From NCBI GenBank assembly GCA_046290225.1, contig JBKAGE010000047.1, positions 27,006 through 91,005 on the forward strand: a DNA stretch of 64,000 nt, read 5' to 3'. Each line of letters opens with the position of its first letter. Position 1 is the first letter of the stretch. Source of the DNA: Bradymonadia bacterium (GTDB taxonomy: Bacteria; Myxococcota_A; Bradymonadia; UBA7976; UBA1532). A program made the translations under genes and the position numbers. Below, piece after piece: positions 26,639 to 36,391 of this stretch. A model generated the notes under the pieces. That model saw only the letters and a program-made list of their open reading frames with translations, did no database searches and was not told the origin of the DNA.

Positions 26639-28891
26639 TTCGATCTCCTCGTCGAGGGAAGGGATTGCGGCCGCCGGCGCGTACGCCACCATCGACGCAC
26701 TGGCAGGGGCCGGCAGGCCGTACAACACAGACACACAGGACTCGATCTCGCCGCGCAGCCGACGCGCTTCTGCACGGCCTTCAACGAGATGAGCAGGTGC
26801 TTCGGGATCTGATTCGGGCCACCCCTGCTTGATCAGGCGCCTCGACAAGCGCGCTCTGGCAGTGACGTCGCCTTCGGGGAGCCTCGAGAGCACCTCGGCC
26901 TGGATCGCCTCGAAGCACTCGGCCTCCAAAGCCTGAAGCCGCAACGCCTGATCACTCAGAGCATGCAGACGCACATCTCGAGGGGCCACCGGAGGCAGGG
27001 GTAAACGCCGCAACTCGCCCAGCTTCAGCTGTGGGAACAAACGATCATCCGCCTGATGACGCGCTCGGAGCAGCCGTGTCACCGCCTCACTGCAGATGAT
27101 GGCCAGCAGCGCCCCTGGCGGCCAGGGCTGGCCCTCGAGCAGCCGGGCGATGTACACCGACTGATCACAGCACAGCGGATCTTCGGTGTAGGCCGCGCAG
27201 AGGGTCTCCCCGAGCACCTTACGGACCAACAACCGGGGCCCCTCGAAAAAGCGTGGATCTCGCGGCTCTTTGAGCCAGGGCCCATAACTCAACCAGTACC
27301 GCCCTGTGAGCCAAAGACGATATGCCCCCAACTCCCGCCCTCTCAGCTCGGGCACGTAAGTGTCGTTGACGGCGTGATCAGCGTGATGCACACGGGCAGC
27401 GATTTGCTCGGGTGTGTGGGTGGTTCGGTGGTAGGGGTTCACGCCCCGGGTCAGCTCGGCAACGTCACCAAGGGTGACGCGCCAATGCCGGCTGCGGACC
27501 AACATGGACGCCGTCTCTGCATCTCTGGAGAGCGGCAACGGCGCCTCGGGACGCTCGGGGGTCACGATGAGGGAGCCACGGGCCGTGGGTGCCATCTCGA
27601 CATCTTCAGCATCTGGCGCCCAGCCCAGTACAGGGATCGATGGGCCTGTCCGGCCGCCCGCCTGAACCCGAACCACCACAGTCTCCACCCCAGCGCCGAA
27701 GACCGACTGCGGCAGCTCGAGCACCTCAGTGGTGGTGTGCTCCCCCACCAGCAGTCGACGCAGACGCCCCGCCTTGAGGTTGCTCATCCATGCGTTGGGC
27801 ACCACCATCGCCAGCGTGCCCCCAGGCTTCAGACATTCGAGGCCCAGCTCGAGGAACAGCGCATAGGGGTCGAGCTGATATTCGGCCACCTCGAAGGTTT
27901 GCCGGTAGAGCTCGTCCGCCGCTGGCAGCGGCCCATGACGCCCACCGCGATAAGGCGGGTTTCCGATGACCACATCGAAGGGGGTAGGCATCAACAGATC
28001 GAGATCGACGGGCTCGAAAGACAGCGCCTCCTCTCCATCTTCCGAGGTCTCGTCAGCTTTGAGATGGGGCGCGACAAGCGCACGCCGGCCGCGAAAGAGC
28101 GCCGCCTGCCTCACCCGCCACCCACGCATGCGGGCGCGACGGGCCCGTGGATCACCATCGAGGGCAGGCCGAGGCGGCGGAGGGGGCGCGAAGAGCCCGA
28201 GCTGGTCACGGGCGCGACCACGCTCTCGTCGAGCAGCGGCGAGGCCCAACAAGGGATCACCGGCCTCGATGTTCACGTCGATGGCCACCTCGAAACGCCT
28301 CGGCGTCGCACAGGCCAGGTGAACGGCTGCCTGACAGATGGCCACCGCCAGTGGATCCGCATCTACGCCGTACAGGCAACGCTCGGCGATCTCCGCCCGT
28401 TGGGGTGAGGGTGGCCCTGGGGCGATGCGATCCAGCGCTCCGAGCAAGAACCGCCCGCCACCACAGGCAGGATCGAGGATCTGTGCCTCGGCGCTCAACT
28501 CTGCCGGGAGCGCGTGCATCACCCAGGCTCTGGGGGTGTAGAAGCGGCCCACCTGCTTGCGGGTGCTCGACGCGCCCAACGTGCCGTACACATCACCGAG
28601 CACGCCTGGATCTACGCTCGCCTCGCCGATGGGACCCACGCCTTCATCGGCGCCCTTGCACAGCACCTCGAGCACCCGCTCGATGACTGGTCCTTCGAGA
28701 GGCACCGGATCGACGTAGAGCGCCGAGGGCACCCCCTCGGCCATGCGGGCCGCCGCAGTGAGCCACCACGCCGCCAGATCGCCCTCTGGTGCAGGCACGA
28801 GGCCGCGATGAGCCGCAGTGGCCGTAGCCCACAGGCCCATGAGCGACCGCAGATCGCCGTCGACTTCATCGAGGGTCCATTGAGGGATCAT
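26171..28891 (-). CDS. N6-adenine DNA methyltransferase (TaqI/Eco57I-like, with TRD) fused in frame to a BCP peroxiredoxin
   Basis: GRFYTP, motif I ILDPACGGG, motif IV IGNPPY, TRD (PR...FEGPRLLVRK), LYGL end, then a linker and the BCP domain with no stop codon in between. Confidence 0.8.
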   Translation of the reverse strand: MIPQWTLDEVDGDLRSLMGLWATATAAHRGLVPAPEGDLAAWWLTAAARMAEGVPSALYVDPVPLEGPVIERVLEVLCKGADEGVGPIGEASVDPGVLGDVYGTLGASSTRKQVGRFYTPRAWVMHALPAELSAEAQILDPACGGGRFLLGALDRIAPGPPSPQRAEIAERCLYGVDADPLAVAICQAAVHLACATPRRFEVAIDVNIEAGDPLLGLAAARRERGRARDQLGLFAPPPPPRPALDGDPRARRARMRGWRVRQAALFRGRRALVAPHLKADETSEDGEEALSFEPVDLDLLMPTPFDVVIGNPPYRGGRHGPLPAADELYRQTFEVAEYQLDPYALFLELGLECLKPGGTLAMVVPNAWMSNLKAGRLRRLLVGEHTTTEVLELPQSVFGAGVETVVVRVQAGGRTGPSIPVLGWAPDAEDVEMAPTARGSLIVTPERPEAPLPLSRDAETASMLVRSRHWRVTLGDVAELTRGVNPYHRTTHTPEQIAARVHHADHAVNDTYVPELRGRELGAYRLWLTGRYWLSYGPWLKEPRDPRFFEGPRLLVRKVLGETLCAAYTEDPLCCDQSVYIARLLEGQPWPPGALLAIICSEAVTRLLRARHQADDRLFPQLKLGELRRLPLPPVAPRDVRLHALSDQALRLQALEAECFEAIQAEVLSRLPEGDVTARARLSRRLIKQGWPESDPEAPAHLVEGRAEARRLRGEIESCVSVLYGLPAPASASMVAYAPAAAIPSLDEEIEMSERGLLSPGDPLPSFSLLDDHGQTVTDDDFADRTVVLYFYPKDDTPGCTKESCDFRDNLSAYTDKGVVIYGISADSVESHQAFRDKFNLNFPLIADPEHTLCDAFGVWGQQSWQGHTFMGIARTTYVIKDKVVAKVYPDVSVVDHATTVLADLG

Positions 28892-29019
28892 GGAGGGCAC
28901 GTTGAGCCATGGGCTGGTCCAGAGCAAGAGGGATCGTGAGAGGAGCGGTGACCCAAAAGGGGAAACCTTGGTACACTCCGGCCGTCGTAGACCACTGCAG
29001 TACACGGGGAGACATCGGA

Positions 29020-30270
29020 GTGCGCCCGACAACAGCCATCTTCAGCCTCATCCTGGCCATCGGGGTGAGCGCCCCTGTAGAGCACGCCCACAGCCAGGGC
29101 GGCAGCGCAGCCCTGCCTCAAGGGCAGCTCAAAGGCCGCATCAAGAGCGACTTCTCCGAGGTCCGCGCAGGCCCGGGGGCGGTGTACCTGAGCCGCGGGC
29201 GGGTCTACCAGGGCGATCTCGTCGACATTCGTCGCCGCAGCGACAACGGTGAGTGGATGGAGGTCGTCGGCGGCGGTGTCCAGGGTTGGGTGCGCAGCCG
29301 CTACGTCGAGCTGCTCGGCGCCGGAGAGCAGGCCAAGGCCATGGGCAGTGGCACAGCCACGGGCAAAGATCGACGCCAGAACAACTATGGGTACGACGAT
29401 CGAGGCCGCCGCGTGGGTTCAGATGGCCGGCCCGTGGGCTCGGGCGAAGGCACCGACGGCTTCGACGAGACCACCATCGAAGGCGACAGCTTGTCCGACT
29501 TCGGTGACGACGGCCCTGCCACGGTCTCCATCGGCGTCTCCCTCGGCGCAGCGCAGGTCCGACGCAACTTCGCCAGCAACATCTCGGTGGTGAACAACGA
29601 GGTCAACAACTCGCTGCTGCAGAGCGCCACAGCGGCGCCCACGGGCTACACCCTGGGTCTCGACTTCGGCTGGAACGCTCACAAGCACTTCATGGTGCGC
29701 TCGAACTTCGTCGCCACCCTGCTCGCCGAGCTGACCATCCCTGCCAACCCCGACCAGAACATCGACAACCCGGTGCCCATCAAGGTGCAGGCCCTCAACC
29801 TGAGCGTCGACGCCATCGGCCGCTACGACTTCGGCAGCGGCTGGATCGGGCTCTACACCGGCCCCCGGTACTTCCAACACGCCTTCAGAGAGACCAACCC
29901 CCTCATCTTCACCAGCATTGATTATGTGGGTGCAGGCTTCGGCGCCGCTGCAGCCTTCCAGGCCGGGCCCGTGGATTTCGGGCTCTCTGGCGGCTTGTTC
30001 CTGCCCCTCTCCATGAGCCAGGGGCCCGCGGAATCTGGCGACGTGGCCAGCAGCAATGGCTTCGAGGCTCAGGGGCACTTTGCCTGGTCGTTCCAGAAGG
30101 ACTTCGCCATCGTGCTCCTCGGATACTTCACCCGTGTGCAGGTGGATTACAGCGGTCGCTCCACACATGGCGACGGCTTCGTCACCCCTGGGACCGTCTT
30201 TACCTACACCGCCGCTCAGGAGACCAACTCCCTCGTCGGCGGCAACCTCGGCTTGCGCTGGCGTCTGTAA
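29020..30270 (+). CDS. Secreted SH3b-domain protein with a probable C-terminal outer-membrane beta-barrel
   Basis: Signal peptide; VRAGPG..Y...W.EV...GWVRSRYV SH3 motif; alternating beta strands ending NLGLRWRL. Confidence 0.7.
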   Translation: MRPTTAIFSLILAIGVSAPVEHAHSQGGSAALPQGQLKGRIKSDFSEVRAGPGAVYLSRGRVYQGDLVDIRRRSDNGEWMEVVGGGVQGWVRSRYVELLGAGEQAKAMGSGTATGKDRRQNNYGYDDRGRRVGSDGRPVGSGEGTDGFDETTIEGDSLSDFGDDGPATVSIGVSLGAAQVRRNFASNISVVNNEVNNSLLQSATAAPTGYTLGLDFGWNAHKHFMVRSNFVATLLAELTIPANPDQNIDNPVPIKVQALNLSVDAIGRYDFGSGWIGLYTGPRYFQHAFRETNPLIFTSIDYVGAGFGAAAAFQAGPVDFGLSGGLFLPLSMSQGPAESGDVASSNGFEAQGHFAWSFQKDFAIVLLGYFTRVQVDYSGRSTHGDGFVTPGTVFTYTAAQETNSLVGGNLGLRWRL

Positions 30271-30277
30271 AGCCCCC

Positions 30278-31819
30278 TCAGGGTAGGGCGTTCTCGTTCG
30301 AGAGCAGCGGGCGCTCGCTCGAGTGCTCGAGGAGCTGCTTTTCCGCAGCTTCCGCGCCCACCTCCTCATCGTCGACCCCGCGATCGTTCTGACCCGAGAG
30401 CTGCCCCCAGGCCACGAGGCCCACCACGAGAGCAGCGATGAGCCCCACAGTCTTGAGCACCCAGGTCGAATCACCCCCACGGGCAGCAGGCGCCTGTCGA
30501 GGTTTGGAGGTGCGTCGTGGGCTGGCAGGCGTGCTCGACGGCTGACGGCCGCGTTGGGGTGGGGGTGTCCGCCGTGGTGTGTCGAGCAAGTTGCTGCGCT
30601 GGTCGAATCGATCCGAGGTCGCGGCATCGTCGGCGGTCTCGCCGCGCATGGCCAGCGCCCCTTCGTCAACGGGCAGGTTGAGCATCAGGCGTCCATCAGT
30701 GCCCATCTCCACCCGAGCCACAGCGATCGGCTCCAGGGCGCCGCTGGAATCCACCACACTGTGGTGCGGCGTAGGCGTCAGCGGCACCAGGGGCTCGGAG
30801 TGACTCTGAGATGCCTGGCCCACAGCCTTGCGGATCGCCGTCGCCATCTCCATGGCCCGGCCGAAGCGATCTGCAGGGTTCTTGCTCAACGCCTTGCGGA
30901 CCACCGCCTTGAGGGCCTCGGGCACATCACAGGTCAGCTCCGGTACGGGCCACTGCGCGTGCTGCTCCATCATGCGATAGCTGCTGCGCGCGTTGTAGGG
31001 CGGCCGGCCTTCGAGCATCTCGAACAAGATCACGCCCATGGCGTAGAGATCGGTCTCGGGACGCAGAGGCTTTGCCATGGCCTGCTCGGGGGCCATGTAC
31101 TTCGGCGTACCCATCACCTCTTTCTGCCCCCCACCAGAATCAGCGGTCTGGCTCAGCAACGGCCGGCCACCGAGGGCGCCCATCAGCTGCCCCACCCCGA
31201 AGTCGAGGATCTTGAGGCGAACCACACCGCCCCTCTGCACGGAGACCATCATGTTCTCCGGTTTGAGGTCGAGGTGCAGCACATCGGCGTTGTGTGCTTC
31301 CTCGAGGCCTGTGAGGGCCTGGGTGATCCAGTTGATGACCATGGGCAGCTCGAGGCGCCCATCTTCATTGAGCACATGACGCAGAGTCCGGCCCTCGACA
31401 TACTCGAGGACCATGTAGAACACGTCGTTGTGGTGACTGAAGTCGTAGAGGGTGACGATGTTGTCGTGGTTGAGGCGAGAGATCACCCGCGCCTCGTCGA
31501 CGAACCGCTCCTTGAGCCCCTCCGCGTTGTACTTGGATGCCGCCTCAGGGCGAATCACCTTGAGGGCCACCACGCGGTCGAAGGGATCTTGCAGCGCTCG
31601 ATAGACCTTGCCGAAGGCGCCATGACCCAACACGTCGAAGACCCGATACTTGTCGTCGAGGTGCAGCCCCAACAGCTGATCTTCATCAAACTTTCGGTGC
31701 ACATCCAGATCGAGCAGAACCGCCCCATCTGTTGGGCAGAGGGTGCCTGGGGGGCCCTGGTAGTTGCGGCCGCATCGGCGGCAAATCAACAACCCGGTCT
31801 CTTGAGGCGCGTTGGTCAC
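30278..31819 (-). CDS. Hanks-type Ser/Thr protein kinase, membrane anchored
   Basis: GHGAFGKVY, VALK, HLDLKPEN, DFG, GTPKYMAPEQ; N-terminal CxxC...CPTDG; C-terminal TM segment. Confidence 0.95.
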   Translation of the reverse strand: MTNAPQETGLLICRRCGRNYQGPPGTLCPTDGAVLLDLDVHRKFDEDQLLGLHLDDKYRVFDVLGHGAFGKVYRALQDPFDRVVALKVIRPEAASKYNAEGLKERFVDEARVISRLNHDNIVTLYDFSHHNDVFYMVLEYVEGRTLRHVLNEDGRLELPMVINWITQALTGLEEAHNADVLHLDLKPENMMVSVQRGGVVRLKILDFGVGQLMGALGGRPLLSQTADSGGGQKEVMGTPKYMAPEQAMAKPLRPETDLYAMGVILFEMLEGRPPYNARSSYRMMEQHAQWPVPELTCDVPEALKAVVRKALSKNPADRFGRAMEMATAIRKAVGQASQSHSEPLVPLTPTPHHSVVDSSGALEPIAVARVEMGTDGRLMLNLPVDEGALAMRGETADDAATSDRFDQRSNLLDTPRRTPPPQRGRQPSSTPASPRRTSKPRQAPAARGGDSTWVLKTVGLIAALVVGLVAWGQLSGQNDRGVDDEEVGAEAAEKQLLEHSSERPLLSNENALP

Positions 31820-31929
31820 GTCTGCTCCGCGCTGACGCCGGCTGTGAGGAGGCGCGTCTCGCTCTCCGCCGCTGGCAAGGTCTCAGTAGATGCCAAGCCT
31901 ACAGGCTTTGTCTATAGGCTCAAAGTGAG

Positions 31930-32724
31930 TCATGTATCGAATGGGTGATACATGCCCTCTCCCTGACGCACCCAGGTAAAAAGATGCAGGTGCGCCTCTT
32001 CAGCGAGCTGCCTGGCGAGGCTCGTCGCCGCCCCCACCGCCACCAGGACCGCCACTCGGGCCAAAGCGGCTTTCTGTACGATCTCGAAGCCCACTCTGCC
32101 GCTGACCACCAGGGTGCTGCCCTCCGGGCGCTCGCCATCAGCGGCGAGCACAGACCCGATGATTTTATCGACGGCGTTGTGACGCCCCACGTCTTCTTTG
32201 ACACCTCGCCAGCGCCCGGAGGCATCGATGAGGGCGGCGCCATGTACTCCACCAGTGCGGGCGAAGAGCGCCTGCTCACCTCGCAACCGCTCAGGGAGCA
32301 GCACGACATCCTTCAGATCCGGCGCAGGGGTCTTGGGCATCGGGCTCACCCGCTCGAAGATCTGCTCGATGGAGACTTTGCCGCACAGGCCACAGCTCGA
32401 GCTGCCGTAGAGAGCCCGCCGCGCAGCCTCGAGGCGCGACGCGATGTCGGGGGCCCCAGGGGCCAGGCGCACCTTGACCCGATTCTCTCGATGACGACGC
32501 CTTTGATCCTGACAGTGGGCCAGAGCCGCGATGTCGTCGGGCAACTCGACGAAGCCCTCGGTGTGCAGGAACCCCATCACCAGATCGAGATCGTCACCGG
32601 GTGTGCGCATGAGCGCAGCCACGGGGTGACCCTCGACCTCGATCTCCAGAGGCTCTTCGATGGCGAGGGCGTCGAGGCCCGCGCCACGCCGCCGCATCAC
32701 CGGCACGGTGACGTCACCGCTCAT
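31930..32724 (-). CDS. fdhD: Formate dehydrogenase accessory sulfurtransferase FdhD
   Basis: EEPLEI, MRTPG, GFLHTEG, SSCGLCGK, TGGVHGA, EDVGRHNAVDK; ATGA overlap at the start. Confidence 0.95.
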   Translation of the reverse strand: MSGDVTVPVMRRRGAGLDALAIEEPLEIEVEGHPVAALMRTPGDDLDLVMGFLHTEGFVELPDDIAALAHCQDQRRRHRENRVKVRLAPGAPDIASRLEAARRALYGSSSCGLCGKVSIEQIFERVSPMPKTPAPDLKDVVLLPERLRGEQALFARTGGVHGAALIDASGRWRGVKEDVGRHNAVDKIIGSVLAADGERPEGSTLVVSGRVGFEIVQKAALARVAVLVAVGAATSLARQLAEEAHLHLFTWVRQGEGMYHPFDT

Positions 32725-33692
32725 GCGAAGGGCCGGGGGATTCCAGGTGAGATCGGCATCCGGGCGATCTGGCCTTCGATGGCCTGCAGCCTGCGTTTGA
32801 TGGCCGAGGCCTCTTCTTCTGGGTGATGGCGCAGGTAGAGCGTGTACTCGGCCTGGGCTTCGTGCAGCCGCCGGGCCCGCTCGTGCATGCGGGCCAGATC
32901 GAGATGGGCCCGGGTCACGGGTGGCCGGCCGAGGAGGGCCTCTTTGAAGTGATGCACGGCCCGGGGTGGATCTTCCTCGATGAAAGCCCGGCCGAGGGCG
33001 TAGTGCGCAGGGCCGAAGTCTTTCTGGCGTTCGATGACCTGGTTCAACAAATCGCGGCCCTCGAGGGCGCGCTTCTGGGCGAGGTACACCAAAGCCAGCT
33101 GGTAATGAATGCGCACATCCCGACGCTCGAACCTGAGGGCGGTCTGCAGCGCATTCTCGGCTTCTTCGTGGCGCTTCTGTTCGAAGGCGCACACCCCGAG
33201 CATGTACCAGGCGCGGGCGTCTTTGGGACGGGTCTGGACCACAGTGTCGAAGCACCAGGTCGAGGCTCTCAGGTTGCCCAGAGTACGCTCCACCAGACCC
33301 AGGTTGAACAGCACCCGTGGATCACCAGGCACGGCCTTCAGAGCAGCCTCGTACTCCCGAGCAGCCTCAGCACCTCGATCGGCCTCTCGGAGCACATTGC
33401 CCAAAGCAAAACGAAACGACGCCTCTTCGGGACCAAGGGCCGCCGCATGGGCAAACCGCACACGTGCTTGCTCGAAGAGCCCCTTTGCCAAGGCTGCGCG
33501 GCCAGCGTGAAAGTGCAACCAGGGCGCATCGGGAAACCGCAACAAGGCCCGGTGCAGCTCCAGAATCGCCCGCTCGGACTGCCCTGCGTCGACCAGGGCC
33601 TGTCCCCAGCGTTGATAGAAACGCGGTGAGCCGCCCATGAGGGGCTCCAGGGTAGAGAGCAACCACACCACGCCCCGACTCGAGGCCTTCAC
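32721..33692 (-). CDS. Tetratricopeptide repeat protein
   Basis: Multiple TPR motifs (FALGNVL, FNLGLV, YMLGVC, YQLALV, YALGRA); GTGA overlap with the upstream gene. Confidence 0.9.
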   Translation of the reverse strand: MKASSRGVVWLLSTLEPLMGGSPRFYQRWGQALVDAGQSERAILELHRALLRFPDAPWLHFHAGRAALAKGLFEQARVRFAHAAALGPEEASFRFALGNVLREADRGAEAAREYEAALKAVPGDPRVLFNLGLVERTLGNLRASTWCFDTVVQTRPKDARAWYMLGVCAFEQKRHEEAENALQTALRFERRDVRIHYQLALVYLAQKRALEGRDLLNQVIERQKDFGPAHYALGRAFIEEDPPRAVHHFKEALLGRPPVTRAHLDLARMHERARRLHEAQAEYTLYLRHHPEEEASAIKRRLQAIEGQIARMPISPGIPRPFA

Positions 33693-35215
33693 TGCTCTGG
33701 CTCCATCAACGCAGCAGCGAGGGCCGCCACCTGCTGAGCAGACTCCAGGGCCCCGGCCTCAGTGAGCAATGTGGCCAGCTGCAGGTAGTGATCAGCGACC
33801 GGGCTGCCGCCGGCGACGAGGATCTTGAGCCAGTGGGCCTGCCGCTCGGTGTTCTGAGCCATCTGAGCCGCCGAAGCCGCCGCGGACAACACCTCGACCT
33901 GCTGGCCCATGATCTCGTGGACCTCGATGAGCTGCTCCAAGAAGCTCAAGGCCTGCTCGGGGCCTGTATGGCTCAAGTAGCGCTCCGCGAGCTGGAGGGT
34001 GGGCTCTACAGCCCAACCCGGGGCTGCCTCGATGAGCGCCTGCAGCTCGGCCCAGGCCACCTGCTCGTCACCGGTGGCCAGCAACGCCTGCACCTTCAAG
34101 CTGGTGTACTGATGCAGATCATCCCCCTCGGGGACCACACCTTCGAGCCCGCTCAGCACAGCTTTGGCCTGCTCGGCATAATGGACCACGTGAGGCTCGC
34201 CCCGGCCGAGACCCACCTGCATCAGGGCGTTGGCCTGAGCCAGATCGGCCCGCCATCGCGCCACCGACGGATCTTGAAATGCTGTGGCCCCGAGGCCCGC
34301 AGGCACCAGGCGGCCCTGTTTGAAGAGCGCGGCCCCCTGAATCGGGCGCCCGGACTCCATGGCCGCCTGACCTGCCACATACGCCAACGTGCCATAGTCG
34401 GGGTGCGTCTTCAGGGTGCCGAGGGCAAGCTCGAGCGCCTCTTCGGGCTGCCCCAGGCTGCGGAGACATTCCACAGCAAAGACCGTGGCGCTGAGGGCAT
34501 GATTCACCGCCCCACCATGCTCGATGACGTCGACGAGCAGCGGTAGAGCTGCGACGTTGTCACCGGCGGAGTAGTGCTGACGGGCCAGATGGAACCACAC
34601 CTGCGGATCATCAGGTCGCGCCTGCATCTCCGCTTCGAGCAGCTTCAAATTCCGGGCGTGCTTGCCTCGGGCAGCCATCAGCCCGGGATCGTACCCGAGG
34701 TGTACGATCTGCACCTGATCTACGAACCACATGCGCACGCTGTGACCCTGCTGGGCCACTGCCTGCTCGTGAATGCGCCCTTCGAACCTGATCCAGGGCT
34801 GGTGGCGCCACAACCGTGCCATGTGATCAGCCCCGAGGTGTCGCCCCTCGGCGTCGACGTTGACGATTTGCGGCAAGTAGAGGGTGGGCTGCTCGGGATC
34901 GTCTGCTTCGAGCAACGACATCAAGGGCCCGTAGCTGTCGCCGCTCAGCCGCTCATCGGCGTCGAGAAACAGCACGAAGTCGCCTGTGGCGGCGTCGAGG
35001 GCGGCGTTGCGGGCAGCAGAGAAGTCGTCGATCCAGGTGAACTGGACCACCTGGGCATTGAAATAACGGGCAATCTCCATCGTGCGATCGGTGCTGCCGG
35101 TGTCGACGACGACGATCTCGTGCACGACAGGGGCGGCAGACTCGAGGCAGCCGGCGATGAAGTCTTCTTCATCGCGGACGATCAGACAGAGTGAGATTTT
35201 GGGCGCGTCGGCCAC
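33689..35215 (-). CDS. Family 2 glycosyltransferase with C-terminal TPRs
   Basis: ISLCLIVRDEE, VDTGSTD, DFSAARN, LDADE, GRIHEQ and HLGY motifs, followed by TPR-like helices. Confidence 0.92.
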   Translation of the reverse strand: MADAPKISLCLIVRDEEDFIAGCLESAAPVVHEIVVVDTGSTDRTMEIARYFNAQVVQFTWIDDFSAARNAALDAATGDFVLFLDADERLSGDSYGPLMSLLEADDPEQPTLYLPQIVNVDAEGRHLGADHMARLWRHQPWIRFEGRIHEQAVAQQGHSVRMWFVDQVQIVHLGYDPGLMAARGKHARNLKLLEAEMQARPDDPQVWFHLARQHYSAGDNVAALPLLVDVIEHGGAVNHALSATVFAVECLRSLGQPEEALELALGTLKTHPDYGTLAYVAGQAAMESGRPIQGAALFKQGRLVPAGLGATAFQDPSVARWRADLAQANALMQVGLGRGEPHVVHYAEQAKAVLSGLEGVVPEGDDLHQYTSLKVQALLATGDEQVAWAELQALIEAAPGWAVEPTLQLAERYLSHTGPEQALSFLEQLIEVHEIMGQQVEVLSAAASAAQMAQNTERQAHWLKILVAGGSPVADHYLQLATLLTEAGALESAQQVAALAAALMEPEQ

Positions 35216-35218
35216 GCC

Positions 35219-36067
35219 TCAGAAGGCAAACCGGGCCCGGCCCCGGAGCTTCCGTCGGGCGTGGACCTCCGTGAGGATCACGGTGCTGTTGTCGTCGCCG
35301 CCACGGGCGTTGGCCAGATCGATGAGGGCCCGGCCGGCCTGACGAGGGCCGAGGTTCAACACGGCGTCGAGCAGCTCGGCGTCTTCGATCTCGCCGGTGA
35401 GGCCATCGGAGCACATCAGGAAGATGTCGCCGGGCTCTGCCGGTACGGCGCCGACGTCGACCTTCACCTCGCGCTCGAAGCCGATGGAGCGGGTGATGAT
35501 GTTGCGCATCATGGAGTGACGCGCCTGCTCGGCGGTGATGAGACCTGCCGCCACCTGCTCCTGAACCAGCGAGTGGTCTTCGGTGACCTGGTGAATCTCG
35601 CCGTTACGGATCAGGTAAGCCCTGCTGTCACCCACGTGGCCGAAGTAGAAGATCGAGCCGTAGAGCAACATCATGGTGCACGTGCTGCCCATGCCCGCGA
35701 GCTCTGGATAGGCCCGAGCGGTGTCGAAGACGAGGGCGCAGGCGTCGAGCACGGCCCCTTCGATGATGCCCGGCACGTTGATCGGCCCTACGCCGCTGCT
35801 CCGCTCTGCGGTGGTGAGCCGCTGCACGATGGAGCGGCCGACCTCCTGCACGGTGAGCCTGCTGGCCACCTGGCCACCGGCGTGACCCCCCATGCCATCG
35901 GCCACCACCCACAGATGGTTTCGGGGCAAGACCAGGAACGAGTCCTCGTTGGCCTCCCGGCGCTGGCCTACGTCGGTGAGGCCATGGCCGCTCACCCTCA
36001 GGGCGGGTCGGCGGGTCTTGATGGAAGGGGTAAAGGCCCAGATTTCAGGCCGATTGGTCTTGTTCAT
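35219..36067 (-). CDS. PP2C-family Ser/Thr phosphatase (Stp1/PrpC-like)
   Basis: TDVGQRREANED, VADGMGGH, HVGDSRAY, CSDGL, GGDDNST. Confidence 0.95.
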   Translation of the reverse strand: MNKTNRPEIWAFTPSIKTRRPALRVSGHGLTDVGQRREANEDSFLVLPRNHLWVVADGMGGHAGGQVASRLTVQEVGRSIVQRLTTAERSSGVGPINVPGIIEGAVLDACALVFDTARAYPELAGMGSTCTMMLLYGSIFYFGHVGDSRAYLIRNGEIHQVTEDHSLVQEQVAAGLITAEQARHSMMRNIITRSIGFEREVKVDVGAVPAEPGDIFLMCSDGLTGEIEDAELLDAVLNLGPRQAGRALIDLANARGGDDNSTVILTEVHARRKLRGRARFAF

Positions 36068-36391
36068 CGCAGGCGAGTCCGTCCGGGCGCCCCTGCCCGG
36101 ATGGCAGGGAAGGTTCTCCAAAGCTGATGCAGACTACTGTGTGGCGTCACACAGGGCAATGGATATAGGTCAATCGTCCTGCGATGGGCGAATCGACGAA
36201 AAAACGAGATCTGAACTGCGCCCTTGTCCTACCCTGCCCAGCGGAGTGTCACGTGGTCGATCCACATACACACACTCGCGATGTACGAAATGAGGCTCAC
36301 GCATCGGCCAAACCGATGCGTGGGGAGGCGCTGGTACTCGTGGCACGGCCTCGACATCCAGCAATGAAGCGCTCGGTCCCGAGAGGTGACA

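Noticed and set aside
26171..28891. Complete type II/IIG restriction-modification system
   Set aside because: No PD-(D/E)xK, HNH or helicase partner recognised in or beside the methyltransferase gene.
31930..33255. 441-aa extended FdhD, and similar N-terminal extensions of the ABC ATPase (53719) and SSB (24854)
   Set aside because: The extensions overlap neighbouring real genes or promoters and are low-complexity; downstream starts with RBS or overlap fit family lengths.
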